In this document: positions 11,870-23,270 of the stretch, one piece after another | How positions within the stretch are numbered: position 1 is the first letter of the stretch | Layout of the letters: every line of letters starts with the position of its first letter | Assembly (NCBI GenBank): GCA_025594325.1 | Contig: JANHCV010000015.1 | Coordinates: forward strand, 868,001-932,000 | Reading direction: 5' to 3' | Source: Blastocladiella emersonii ATCC 22665 | Lineage: Eukaryota > Fungi > Blastocladiomycota | Length of the DNA: 64,000 nucleotides | The notes under the pieces: generated by a model | What the model saw: the letters and a program-made list of their open reading frames with translations, nothing else | Database searches by the model: none | What the model was told of the DNA's origin: nothing | Position numbers and translations under genes: made by a program

Positions 11870-14585
11870 TCACCCACCGCGCGGCCGGGCGACGATGATC
11901 ACCATCGCATTCGCGTCCGCGAGGTCCCGGATGCGGCCGCGCACAAGGGCCGCCGATGGACATGACACGGCCGAGCTTGAGGTCGTAGGGGTAATGATGG
12001 ACGGCGAAGGGGCCGACGGGAGGACCGAGATGCCCGCAGCCGCGGCGGCCGCGGCGGTCGGGAACCCGGCGACGTAGATGCCGCTGAGGCGGCGGTAGCA
12101 CGCGCACCCGTGGCAGTACGAGTCGACCACGTCGGCCGTGATGCCGCACCGCGACCGGCGGGTTTCGTAGCGGTGGCGGAGCTAAATCGGGTCGTGTCGC
12201 ATCGAGGTGAGTGGGGAATGTTGATCGCGATACGCAGAGCGCGGGCGTACCGAGATCATGGTCTGCCGCGCGGACGCGTGCTCGTTAACGTGCTGCGACC
12301 CGCGGTGCGCTTCGTCGAGGATGGCCGGCCAGTCCTACACGCGACAAACCGCGGTGAGCACGGAACTCGAATCCAGGGCCCATACGGGCGGCCTGTACCT
12401 CGTGCGGAACAATGATGAGCGTCGAGTTGCGCCACGCGAGGCACCGGAACTCGCCGCGGTCGGGGAACACCTGGAGGTTGTTCTGGAGCCGCTTCCAGCG
12501 CTTGCGCGCGGGCGTGGTGGCCGCGACCTCGCGCCACAGCCGGCGGAGCGCCTTGGTCGCGGCGCTCGAGGTTAATATCGACACCGCTGATGACGAGGAC
12601 GACGATGCGGCGGCAGCGGCCGCGCGCTGCGCTGTCTCCTGCTGCTGCTGGGCGGCGAGCTCGATGCACCGCACCATCTGCGTGTACGTCTCGCGCGTGA
12701 AGATGTGGTAGGTCCGCGAGTGCGCCTCGACGGCGCCGGCGCCCACGGCATTGTCATCATCCCCATCTGCATCGCCCTCGCCGTCGGACCCGTCAGTCGA
12801 AGTTGTACCGCGCGTGGTCTCACCGCCGCCAGCACCGCTTCCGTCGCGACTCTGCTGCGACGCGAGTGCGGCGCCGGCCGCGACAGCAGCAGCGCCCACG
12901 GTAGCTGGATCCGAGACACCGTCGCGCGGCAGGGACGCAGCGGAGCCAGCCGACCCGCGGCGCCGGCCTGCACCGAGTCCCACACCCGCGCTGGCCGACT
13001 CGGAGCGCGACGAAAACGCAGATTTGGGTTGCGGTACGTCGGCGGCGGGGTGCCAGACCTTGGCCGGGATGCGGATCGGCGGGATCAGGCGCTCGGCAGT
13101 GGGTGGAGAAGCAGGCGGCGCGGGTAGCGCGGGCGCGGGTAGCGCGGGCGCGGGTAGCGCGGGCGCGGGTAGCGCGGGCGCGGGTAGCGCGGGCGCGGGT
13201 AGCGCGGGCGCGGGTAGCGCGGGCGCGGGTAGCGCGGGCGCGGGTAGTGCAGGCGCGGCTGCAGCAGGAGCGCGAGTACTCAAAGTCGGTTGTGAAGACG
13301 GCTCCTCCAGAGCAGCGTAAGGAGCGGCGGAAGTAGAAGGCGCGTCTGGCGGGCGGGACGCGGCGCCGTTGTACTCGCTGTGGTAGACCTCGGACTGCTG
13401 CTGCTCCTGCTCCTCGTAGCCGTAGCCGTAGCCGTACCCGCTCGCGCAAGGGTCCATGCCGCGCGACGCCCTGCGCGACGGCGGTGGAGCGTAGGGCGCG
13501 TAGCGCGAGTGGAGATGGGGTGGAGGAGGGTGGCGGTGGTGGAACCCGTTGTTGGCGCCGCGGCGGCGAGATCGAGGGTCCGAGTACCACCCAGGTGGCG
13601 GGTCAGCGTAGTAGTTGCGGTTCTGGTACGGCTGCGGGTGGCCGTAGCGGTCAAACTCGGGCGGGTGCGGCCATGGCGCGTGGTGCGCGGGCGGTGGTGG
13701 TAGCGGCGCGTAGTCAAAGATGTGCGGGTACGACGGATCCCGAGCGTGCGGCGCAGCGGTCGGCGGGTGGTAGGAACCAGGGCCATGAGCTCGGGTATCC
13801 TGGCCGTAGTCGCCAAAGTCGCGCGGAGCTGGCGGTCGTTGATGGTGCTGCGGCGGATACAGCGGGCGCGCAAACGAGTTCGACTCGTAGAAACCAGCCG
13901 AATTCGAAGCACGCGAGACATCGACGGGCTCGCACGACCCATCACGGCCCATTCGAGACGGCTCAACTGGACGCCGTGGCGGCGGCTCGGCCGGGTAGTC
14001 TGGTGGCCACGGGCGCGCTCGAGTGGGTGCAGAAGCAGCCGCCGAGTCGTAGTACGACGCGTAGGTCTCATGCGGCGGGCCAGGTCGCGGCGGTCTAGCG
14101 TAATCGGGGTCGCTGTCGCCGTACGGCGTTGCGTACCCGGGCTGCGGCAGGCCGTAGCCCCAGTCGCCCGACGGCGGCGGCGGGTACGCCCACGGCGCGT
14201 CGCGACGCCGGTCGGGGTACGAGTACGCGGACGCGGGTGGGGGCCGAGAAGGCGGATACGACGAGTACGAGGCCAGCACCGGGTGCGACTGCGGCGCGTC
14301 GTAGGACCTGTACGCGCTGTACGGGTGATCAGGCTCGCCGTACGGCCGCTCGCCGTGAGCGACACGGTTGTGGGCGTCGCGCGGCTCATAGTGCGAGTAC
14401 GGAAAGTGCGAGGCCGCCGTGTCCGGGTCGCGTGCGCCGCGTTCACCGGAGCGCGTTCCCACCACGGCACCCTCACCCACGTCGCCGCGGCGATCTCGCG
14501 GTGGTCGAGCACCGTCGTACAGCGGCCGCAAAGAGTCCGCGGGCGAGGAGTCGGCGGCAGGTGCAGGAGCCGGCGGCGAGGCCAT
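11870..14585 (-). CDS. Pro/Tyr-rich disordered protein with C-terminal integrase-type H2C2 zinc-binding domain (3 exons)
   Basis: Introns 12398-12335 and 12250-12182 join the ORFs in frame: LIIVPHE|DWPAILDEAHRGSQHVNEHASARQTMIS|LRHRYETRRSRCGITADVVDSYCHGCACYRR. Confidence 0.65.
13118..13255 (-). repeat. Coding 15-bp tandem repeat, 9 copies, encoding (ALPAP)9
   Basis: gcgggtagcgcgggc units counted directly; all but the last copy are near-identical. Confidence 0.95.
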
Positions 14586-16085
14586 GGGCGAGAGTTGGGC
14601 GCGCAAGGTTGAGCAGAGGAGAAGCGCTGGAGCAGATCAGAAGCACAAGGGCAGAAGCGACGGCACGCGGAATAGTCAGTCCATGCATCAAAGGTCGATT
14701 CGGAGGGAGGAGCAAGGGGGAGGAGAAAGAGACACGTCGGGCCAGGCCCGCGTCGCGGGGCCGGTCTGCCGGCCAAGCAGGGCGTGCGGTCCGCCCGTTC
14801 GCTCGCCCCTCCCGGCCGCGAGGTTCCCATCGGCCCTGCGCGCGCGCGGAGATCCGGCGGATGTCTCCCCGACGCGCGAGTGCCTGGGAGTCGCCTTGTT
14901 GCTGGGCTCGCGCGATCAAATGCATCGCCATGCAGGCGCCGCAAAGCAAGGCGCGCGAGACGACCCCTCGAGGGTCAGGCGATGGTCGGACACGGCGACA
15001 CGGCGTGCAGGTAGACGTGCAAGAGCGCGGATGGGTGGAGATGGGCGAGAGAGCGATACAGACGTACCAGGATCAGGGATCAAGGTCCGACTTGGCTCGG
15101 CACCGCAGAACCCGCGCGTTGGGCGCGAGGGCGACTGAGACGGGGCGATCTGAGCGGTTAGCGAGGCGAACAGGGCGGGCGACGTGAGGGATGAGCGATT
15201 GGAGACGGCTCAGTCGTCCACGGGAAGAGAGACCGACGAACGCGAGCGGAGATGCGCGGGGATCAAGTACAGGGCGCTCGGCCACAACACAGCGCGCGTT
15301 GGCCGCGGACGTCCGTAGCCGGCGACGGCTGGTGCTGCGCCGCAGCAACGGGCACACCCGTCCGCGTTAACTCCATCACACGCGTGTGGTGGCCCTGTCG
15401 CCGCGCACGGTGGTTGGCCGCCGTGATGGACGCGGGCGGTGCCGGCCGCTGCGCCGCGCCGCCGTGACCGCACAGCAGACCGTTTCATGCTCAGTGGTGG
15501 TGGCGAGGGTAGCGAGCGAGATGATGGCGACGAGGGGATCAACGTACGGCGACGTGATGTGGTGCGGTGTGATGCAATCGGGAGGGTTGAGAGCCAGCAT
15601 GTTCGCGGGGGAGCGTGGATGCGCTTGCGGCCGCCACGGATGGGGGGCGCGCCCGAGCAGCGGCGGGAGGCGAAACGGGCGGCCTGATCGCGCTGGGAGT
15701 TCGTGGGCCCGGCGCTGATTCCGAGCGGGGAGCGGGTGGGAATTTAATTTTCGCTGTTCTGAGACGGGACCGTGGTGCGTAGAATTCTGGGTTCGGATGC
15801 GTTCCCCGCCGGGCTCCTCGCCGCCTCGGATTCTACGCGCGCCGCGTCGATCACCGCGCATCGGCGCGCCGTGGTGATGTGCGCGCGCCCTAGCTTGCCC
15901 GGCCCAAACACACGGGATGTGGGAAACGCGTCGCTGCCGCCGTCCCTCGCCCCTCCCCACGTATCGCACAGCTGCGTACGAGCATATCGCGATTGGAGCG
16001 TGGACGCGATGGGCGGCCATGGATCAGAGTGTCAAGGCATCACAATAGTTCCAGGCAAGAGAGAGTGTGTATTGCGCGATCGAGC

Positions 16086-17297
16086 TCACAGCAGCTTGTC
16101 AAACTCCTTGATGCACGACACGAGCTCGTCGACGTCGTCGAGCGTGACGGCGTTGTACAGGGACGCGCGGCACCCGCCGACGCTGCGGTGGCCGGGCAGG
16201 CCGATGAGCCCGCGCTTGGCGGCGAACGCGACAAACTTCTTGTCGAGTGCGTCCTGCGGGATGCCGTCGTCGTCGACGAGCCGGAACACGACGTTCATGC
16301 GGCTGCGCACTCCGTCGGCGACCACGGGCTTGAAGTGGTCGGCGGCCTCGAGGGCGCCGTACACGCGCGCCGCCTTGTCGGCGTTGAGGGCGTCGATCCA
16401 CGTCACGCCGCCATGCTCGACCAGCCACCGCAGCACCAGGCCCGTCACGTACATGGCGTACACGGGCGGCGTGTTGTACAGCGAGTTGGACGCGTGGTAC
16501 GTCGCGTAGTCGAGCATCAGCGGCAGCCGGTGCGCCGCGTCCGGCTTGACGGCGAGCAGCGACTCGCGCACGATCACCACCGTCACGCCCGCCGGGCCCA
16601 TGTTCTTCTGCGCGCCTGCAAATACAATGTCGAACTTGGACATGTCGACGGGCCGCGACAGGATGTTGGACGACATGTCGGCGACGACGAGCGGGCGCCA
16701 CGCACCCGCCGCAGCCGAGGCCTTGCCGTGGTCGGCGACGGCGTTGATCAGGTCGTCGGTGAACTCGACGCCGTGGACCGTCTCGTTGGTGCAGAGGTAC
16801 GTGTAGAGGCAGTTGGCGGAGCGGGTCCAGGTGGTGGGCGCGGGGATGCGGTCGTAGTTGGTGAGCTTGCCCGAGGCGACCACGTTGACGGGGAGCCCCG
16901 CGGCGCGCGCCGCCTCGGCCGCCTTCTGCGACCAGGTGCCCGTCACGAGGTAGTCGGCGACCCAGCCGGCGGGCGCGCCGAGCCCCGCCGCGCGCGCCGC
17001 GAGGTTGGCGGCCACGGCGTGGAACTGCGTGCTCGCGCCGCCCTGCATCCACAGCACCGCGTAGCCCGCGGGCACCGCCAGCAGCGACTTGAGGTCGGCG
17101 TTGGCCTGGTCCAGGATCGCGTCGAACTCGGCGCTGCGGTGCGAGATGCACAGGATGCTCACGCCCGTCGTCCCGAGCGACGTCACGGCCGCCGCCGCCT
17201 GCGCGAGGACCGGCGCGGGGAGGCCGGCGGGGCCCGCGTTGAGGTTGATGACGCGCGGCGTCGCGGGGGTCGTCGTCGGCGTGGTGGTTGATGCCAT
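16086..17297 (-). CDS. SER1: Phosphoserine aminotransferase
   Basis: INLNAGPAGLP, QGGASTQF, NETVHGVEF, DMSSNILSRPVD, AGAQKNMGPAG (PLP lysine), NTPP and GHRSVGGCRASLYNA. Intronless 403 aa. Confidence 0.97.
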   Translation of the reverse strand: MASTTTPTTTPATPRVINLNAGPAGLPAPVLAQAAAAVTSLGTTGVSILCISHRSAEFDAILDQANADLKSLLAVPAGYAVLWMQGGASTQFHAVAANLAARAAGLGAPAGWVADYLVTGTWSQKAAEAARAAGLPVNVVASGKLTNYDRIPAPTTWTRSANCLYTYLCTNETVHGVEFTDDLINAVADHGKASAAAGAWRPLVVADMSSNILSRPVDMSKFDIVFAGAQKNMGPAGVTVVIVRESLLAVKPDAAHRLPLMLDYATYHASNSLYNTPPVYAMYVTGLVLRWLVEHGGVTWIDALNADKAARVYGALEAADHFKPVVADGVRSRMNVVFRLVDDDGIPQDALDKKFVAFAAKRGLIGLPGHRSVGGCRASLYNAVTLDDVDELVSCIKEFDKLL

Positions 17298-17818
17298 TGC
17301 AAGTGCTACGAAGTCTCGATGATAGGGATGGAGAGAGAGCGTCGATCCGGGAGGGGAGGGGGGGAGGGGGAGCTTTGAAGCCGCGGGCTCGGCGGCGGCC
17401 GGAGCGGACCCGGCGGCGAGTCACGGCCAGCCGCGCCTGAAATACGCGCGATAGGGCTGCCACGTGACGCGCGTCTCGCGTCTCGCACGGCGACGCGTCG
17501 CGTTTCCGTTTCCTGTCTCGCGCCCGGCCCGACGATGCGGTGTGGCCGCCCGTTCTCGTTCTCGAATGATATTGCATCGCATGCTGCCGCGCCGCCTCCC
17601 GCCGCACCCGCGCCCGCTCGCCGCCGCCCCCGCGCTCTCCGCCGACTGGATCAAGGGGCTCCGCCGCACTTCGCCCACTTGCGCTCGACTGCCGCACATG
17701 CTACTCACGCACTCCATGGACTGGCCCACTTGAACTCCGACGACGGCCGCACCGACTACTCGCAACCCGCCCGCGCGTCTCGCACGGCGTCCTATCCACC
17801 GACCTCCGCTGAGCCGCG

Positions 17819-20800
17819 ATGAGCAGCCAAGCTCGGGCGTCGTCCACGTCGCTGTCGTCGTCCTCGGCGCCGGCCGCGGCGGGGCTGACCGGTGGCGCCG
17901 GAGCGACGCTGCCGCCCAACTGGAAGGCGGTGACCGACGCCAACGGCCGGTGCGCTCTCGTCGCTCATCTGCTTTGCGGTACAGCCAACTCATCTCTGCT
18001 GTTCTCCTTGTAGAACCTACTACTACAACAAACTCACGCGCGAGACGAGGTGGGATTGCCCCTCGACCGGCGCCGGCACCGGCGCGCCCGCGGTGAGCGG
18101 CAGCGGCACCATCGCAACAAGCAGCACCTCGCTCGCCGCTGCCGCCACGGCCCACGTCGCCCTCGTCGACGCCGATCCCGCGGCCCAGCCGCCGCCGCGC
18201 CCATCCACCGCGCCTCTCGCGCAGCAGATCTTTCCTTCCTCGTCCCCGTCGCGCTCCGCGTCGCAGGACCTCCTCTCAGCGACGGCCAACGGGAGCGGCG
18301 TCGAGCTGCCGCCGAACCCGGTGCGCAAGCGCGTTGCCGACCTCGCCAGCCAGTTTGACCAGCTGAGCAGCAAGCCGCCCGCGCCCGCGCCGCCGTCCGC
18401 CGGCCCGCGTCCGCCTCGCCCCGCGCGCTGGAACTCGGGGTCGACGGACCAGCTCGCCGGCGGCAGCGGGCCCGCCGCGCGCCGCCAGTCCACGACCGAC
18501 GTGCTCGCGTCGGCGTCGGACGTCGCGACTGCACAGCCGGCGGCGCCGATCCACGATGCCGCGGCGTACGCGCGCCCTGGACCCCCGCTGCGGACCGCCA
18601 GCGCGACCGAGCATGGGTGCCACGGGTCCGGGTCCGTGCACGCGATGCCGCCGCTCCCGCCCCCACCCCCGCCGCTGCCCTCCTCATCTTCACCGTCGTC
18701 GGCGGGTAACTTTGCGTCTAACAAGCTCCCGCCACCACCACCCCCGCTTCCGCCCCCCGCACCCGCTGGCACGGGGCTCGCCGATATGGCGCCGCTGCCG
18801 CCCCCGCCGCCGCCCATCACCCTGCCCGTCGCGCCCAAGCGCCCGCCGCCAGCACCACCCGCCGCCGCCATCGAGTCGGCACCCGCGTCGCTGCCCTCGC
18901 GGCCCGTCACGCCCGAGGGCGCGCCGTTCATCCCATCGCCGACGCTCGCCGGTCTGCCCGACCCGGTAAACCCGTCCGCCGCGGACGCGCCAGCGCCCGC
19001 GAAACCGGCGGCATATGCGACGACTCCGCGCAAGCTGCGCGACAGCGACATGGGCGGGTTTCTCGGCCAGCTGGACCGCACGCTCTCGGTACGTTTGTTC
19101 TCGATTCCGTTTCACCACATGCGCGTGCACGCGTGGCGCTGGCGCTGATCGCGATCAGGTTTCCGATCACCCTTCGCGCTGCCTGCCTGCGCACATCCGC
19201 ACTTCCGCTTCGCTCGCTGCACCAGACGCCGTGTGTTCGCCATGAGTGTGGCGCAGTCCCGCCGGGGACCCTATGGCGGCACGCCTCGTCGCACAGGTCT
19301 TGGCAGTCCCCTTGTGCTCCGCGCACGGCGGCCAGGCGCCCGCGGTTGATGCCCGCGCCGACCACGACCTGATCTCCCCTCGGCTGCTCATGGATGCGCT
19401 GTTGACTAACCGCCGCCGACTCGGTGCACTCGCCTCGCGCGTGTAGACGTCGCAGGGCGCGCTACTCGGCGCCGAGACCGTGCCCAAGTCGCCCGTCCAG
19501 CCGCCGCTGTCCATCACGCTCCCGCCGCCGCGCGAATCGACCGACGACCACGGGTCCACCGGCAGCGCGTCGGGCGGCCCGACGGTCATGCAGACGCCCG
19601 CGTCGCCGACCGCCGACTCGCCGACGGGCAGCGAGCCCGACAGCAGCGCGAGCAGCAGCGCCGGCGCCAAGGACTCGGCCGCGTCGTCGTCCGGCGGCGG
19701 GCTCGGGATCTTCCGCCGCGCGCGGAGTCCGTCGTTCGGTATATGCGCGCCCGTCCATCTGATACGTTTTGGTGAGCTAACGTCCATCGATCCCGCGCCT
19801 GTCTGGAGCTCTAGGCAGGAAAAAGGACATCTTCGGCAACGACCGCGACCCGCCACCGCCGCAGCAGCAGCCCACGTCGCCCAAGGACGCGTCCGCGCCA
19901 TCGTCACCGTCGCCCGCCAAGGAAAAGGACAAGGACAAGGAGGGCAAGAAAAAGTCCAAGGCCGACAAAAAGGACAAGGGGTCCAAGGACCTGCTCACCG
20001 ACGAGAAGGCGAGCAGCACGCCGACGTCGCCCGCGCTCGGCGGCGGCCGCTGCCAGCAGCTGCGCGGTGACGCCGACCACCACCACCACGCGGGGCCAAA
20101 GTCCATGGTCATCGGCGCGTTTGACCTCGGCGACCACGGCGCGGGCGGCGGCGACATGGACGCCGAACCGAGCCTGGCACCGCTCTCGGCCCCGCCCGCG
20201 CTCCCCGCGACGACGTCCGCGAGCCCGCACACCCATACCGCCGCAGCACACGCGCCGCTCTCGGCATCGGCGCCGTCGGGCCGCGGCGCGCTGTCGTGGC
20301 TGTTCAAGAAGTCGGGCGGCGGCAGCGGGAGCAGCAGCGCGCACGGGAGCCCAGCCACGCCGAACTCGGCCTCGTCCGCCTCGCCCGGCGCGGGCTCCGA
20401 GTCGCTCGTGTTCGGCGGCGTGCTATCGGTCCTGGGCGCACACCGGATCCCGCCGCTCGTGGTGGCATGCATCGCGGTCGTCGACGTGCGCGGCCCGCAG
20501 TCCGAAGGCATCTACCGTCTGTCGGGCAACGCGGCGGCGATCCAGCGTCTGCGCGCCGCGTGGCTCGCGGCGGGCGCCGCGTGGCTCGCGGCGGGCGCCG
20601 CGGACGCGCCCGACCCGGACGTGACGGCGTACGACGTGAACGTGGTGTCGGGCACGCTCAAGCTCTTCTTCCGCGAGCTGCAGGAGCCCGTGCTGCTGTT
20701 CGACCTGTACGCCGAGTGGATCGCCGCGGGGAAGCTGATCGGGCCCGCCCGCACGGCCGCCGTCCAGGCGATCTTACCGCGGCTCCCGCCCGCGCACCGG

Positions 20801-21262
20801 ACGGTCCTCGCGGTCCTCGCGCACCACCTCGCGCGGCTCGCGGTCCACGCCGAGCGCACCAAGATGGACGCGGGGAACCTCGCCATCGTGTTCGGGCCCA
20901 CGCTCATGCGCCCGCGCGTCGAGTCCATGGAGACGATCCTCAACACGGAGGCCCAGAACGCCGTCGTGTGCGAGATGATCGTCAACGCTGAGGCCTTCTT
21001 CGGCCCCGCACCGGCGCCGGCACTCGCGCCCGCGTCGCCGGTCTCGTACGCGTCGCTGTCGTCGTCCGCGACGCTCGCCGGGTCCGGTAGCAGTGGGTCC
21101 GCGATCCACGCCGTCGACCCGGCCACGGGCAAGCTCCGGCTCGCCATCGCCACCGCACACGTCCCGCAGCTGCCCGAGCTCTCGCCCATGTCGCCGATCG
21201 TGTTCCAGCAACAGCAGCAGGACCGCGGGCATCACCAGCCGGGGCGTATGGACCGCGTGTGA
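17819..21262 (+). CDS. WW-domain, proline-rich RhoGAP protein (4 exons)
   Basis: WW domain LPPNWKAVTDANGR|TYYYNKLTRETRWDCP spans intron 17950-18013; further introns at 19090-19446 and 19739-19814. The RhoGAP has the Arg finger EGIYRLSG, LKLFFREL and KMDAGNLAIVFGPTL. Confidence 0.9.
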
Positions 21263-21418
21263 GTTGCTTGATAAAATCCGTTTTGCTTGTTCTTCGCGCG
21301 CGGGACGCGTCGTGGAGCGTCGCATCGCCGCCTTCCTTCCCATCGCGCGTGTAAGCTTCGCGACGCGTCCGCTCTCTCGCCCTTCACTTCGACTATCGAC
21401 GACGCACTGATAGAAACC

Positions 21419-22318
21419 ATGCATCTGCTACTCCTCGCCCTGGCCACTGCTGCGCTGACGCTCGCAGTCCCCGCGGCTGCCGTGTCCGTGACGGCCAACA
21501 CGCCGCCGGCGGGCTGGGCCGCGGGGCAGACGGTCGACCTGACGTGGTCCGTCAACCCGAGCGGCACGTCGGCGGCGCCCATGGACAAGCTCAACGTGTA
21601 CGTGATGCGGTGCGACACGCCCGCGTGCCTCAACGCGGTCACGGTGCAGCAGGTCGCGCAGGTACGTCAACGAGAGGATTGGGGGGAAACGGCTGGGCGC
21701 GAGCTGACGCGTTTTCTGTGAGAGTAGAACGTCGACGCGTCGGTCGGCAAGATATCGGCGACCCTCGACGCGGCGTCGCCTGCCGCGCCCGACTACTTCA
21801 TCAAGCTCGAGTCAGTCGCCAGCCCGCAGTCGGTCGTGTACTCGGGCAAGATCCCGCTCGTCAACTCGGGCAACGCCGTGTCGTCGTCGTCAGCCGCGAG
21901 CGCGGCGTTGAGTACTACGGCTGCCGCTACGACGACGAGTACCGCGTCCGCGTCGTCGGCGAGTTCCAGCAGCACGAGCGCGCCCACGTCGTCGGCATCT
22001 TCGGCCACATCCGCTTCGACCGCTTCCTCGACTTCTTCATCGTCCAGTTCGGCCTCGACGACCGACAAGTCGGCCACGTCCACCACCACCACCACCGCTA
22101 CGACGTCAAGCACCGACTCCACGACCACCACCGCCGCCAGCACCAGCAGTACCCCGACGGACATGGTCACGGTGACCATCACGTCGACGCGTCCCGCGGG
22201 CTCGCGCGCGACTGGCGTGCTCGACATGGGCTCGGGCGCGGGCCGCACCGTCGCCTCGGGCAGCTACGTTGGCGTCGGGATCGCCGCAGCGGCGGGGTTC
22301 CTGCTTTCGGTCGTGTGA
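21419..22318 (+). CDS. Secreted Ser/Thr-rich GPI-anchored cell-surface protein (Kre9/Knh1-like N-terminal domain)
   Basis: Signal peptide MHLLLLALATAALTLAVPAAA, then 'WAAGQTVDLTWS…DYFIKLES…VYSGKIPL' across intron 21662-21727, a Ser/Thr stalk and a hydrophobic C-terminal GPI-type signal. Confidence 0.8.
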
Positions 22319-23270
22319 AGCGTCGCTGTCGGCTCGATCATGTTGAAGAAACCATACCCCCTCCCTTGCACTCGCTCACCACCCACTCGCACCAATACAC
22401 GCCGCGGATTCACTCTCACGGGCATGGATTTTGATAAAGCGAAAGCGACGAAGGTGTGACTCGGCGCGGACGGAGAGCGAGGGCGCGCGATCTGATTCAA
22501 TCCGAGCACTGTGTTAAGGATTTACCGTAAAGTACAGCTTCGAATGATCCACGGATGGTCGAAGTGAGGGGGGACCTAGTCCGAACCCGCAACAGAGAGC
22601 GACGAAGACAAGCAGGGCTGGACAGCGGCCAGCATGCCCAGGACGTGAGGGCGACCAAGAGCCGCATGAGGTGAAGCACCAACCGCGGGGCACAAGTGAT
22701 CCAAGTACGAAAAAAGCGAGGTAGGCATCGGTCCAAACTCGGAACAGAGACAGGAACATGGCGGCGACGAAGCCAAGCAGGCTGGACGACCGACGTGGAA
22801 TCCACATCGCCCGTGGCCAGCAGGACCAGGACCGCGCACGCGACCACAAGTCAGGCCGAGGTCGGCTGCCGTCCAACGGCCGCGATCGCTGTGCAGCGTC
22901 TGCGCGTGACGGCCGGTTCCGCGCTCGCGGCGGACGCGAAGGCGTGGACGCGCGTGCGGCGAGCCCCGTCTTCACAAGACCAACGGCTTCACGCGGTGCT
23001 GCGGGTCTTTGCTTCATCACATCGTCCAACAACGAGAGAGAGAGTGGAGGGCCGGCGACATCGAGAGGAGAGAGGAGAGGAGGAAGCCCCTGGAAACGGT
23101 CAGGTGACGCCAACCCAGTTCGATCTTCGCTCGGCCGCCCGTCGTCGTCGTCCGCCCGCCCCGGCCCGCGGCGCGGCCATCGGCCCTTCGTGCGCTCCCT
23201 CACGCGCCCTGCTCTGCGGAGAAGACGCTGCACCGACAGCTCGCCACTTGGAGCAACCCGCGCGCCGACC

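Noticed and set aside
11870-12130. GFA/CENP-V domain suggested by 'YCHGCACYRR'
   Set aside because: In-frame splicing to the upstream exons gives a better-fitting integrase H2C2 pattern, and the other GFA cysteine motifs are absent.
13118-13255. CRISPR-like array from tandem repeats (also 24390-24870 and 63330-63520)
   Set aside because: There are no unique spacers or cas genes. These are coding repeats or minisatellites in a eukaryote.
15993-17697. 432-aa (+) and 532-aa (-) ORFs overlapping SER1
   Set aside because: These are alternative-frame artefacts of extreme codon bias.
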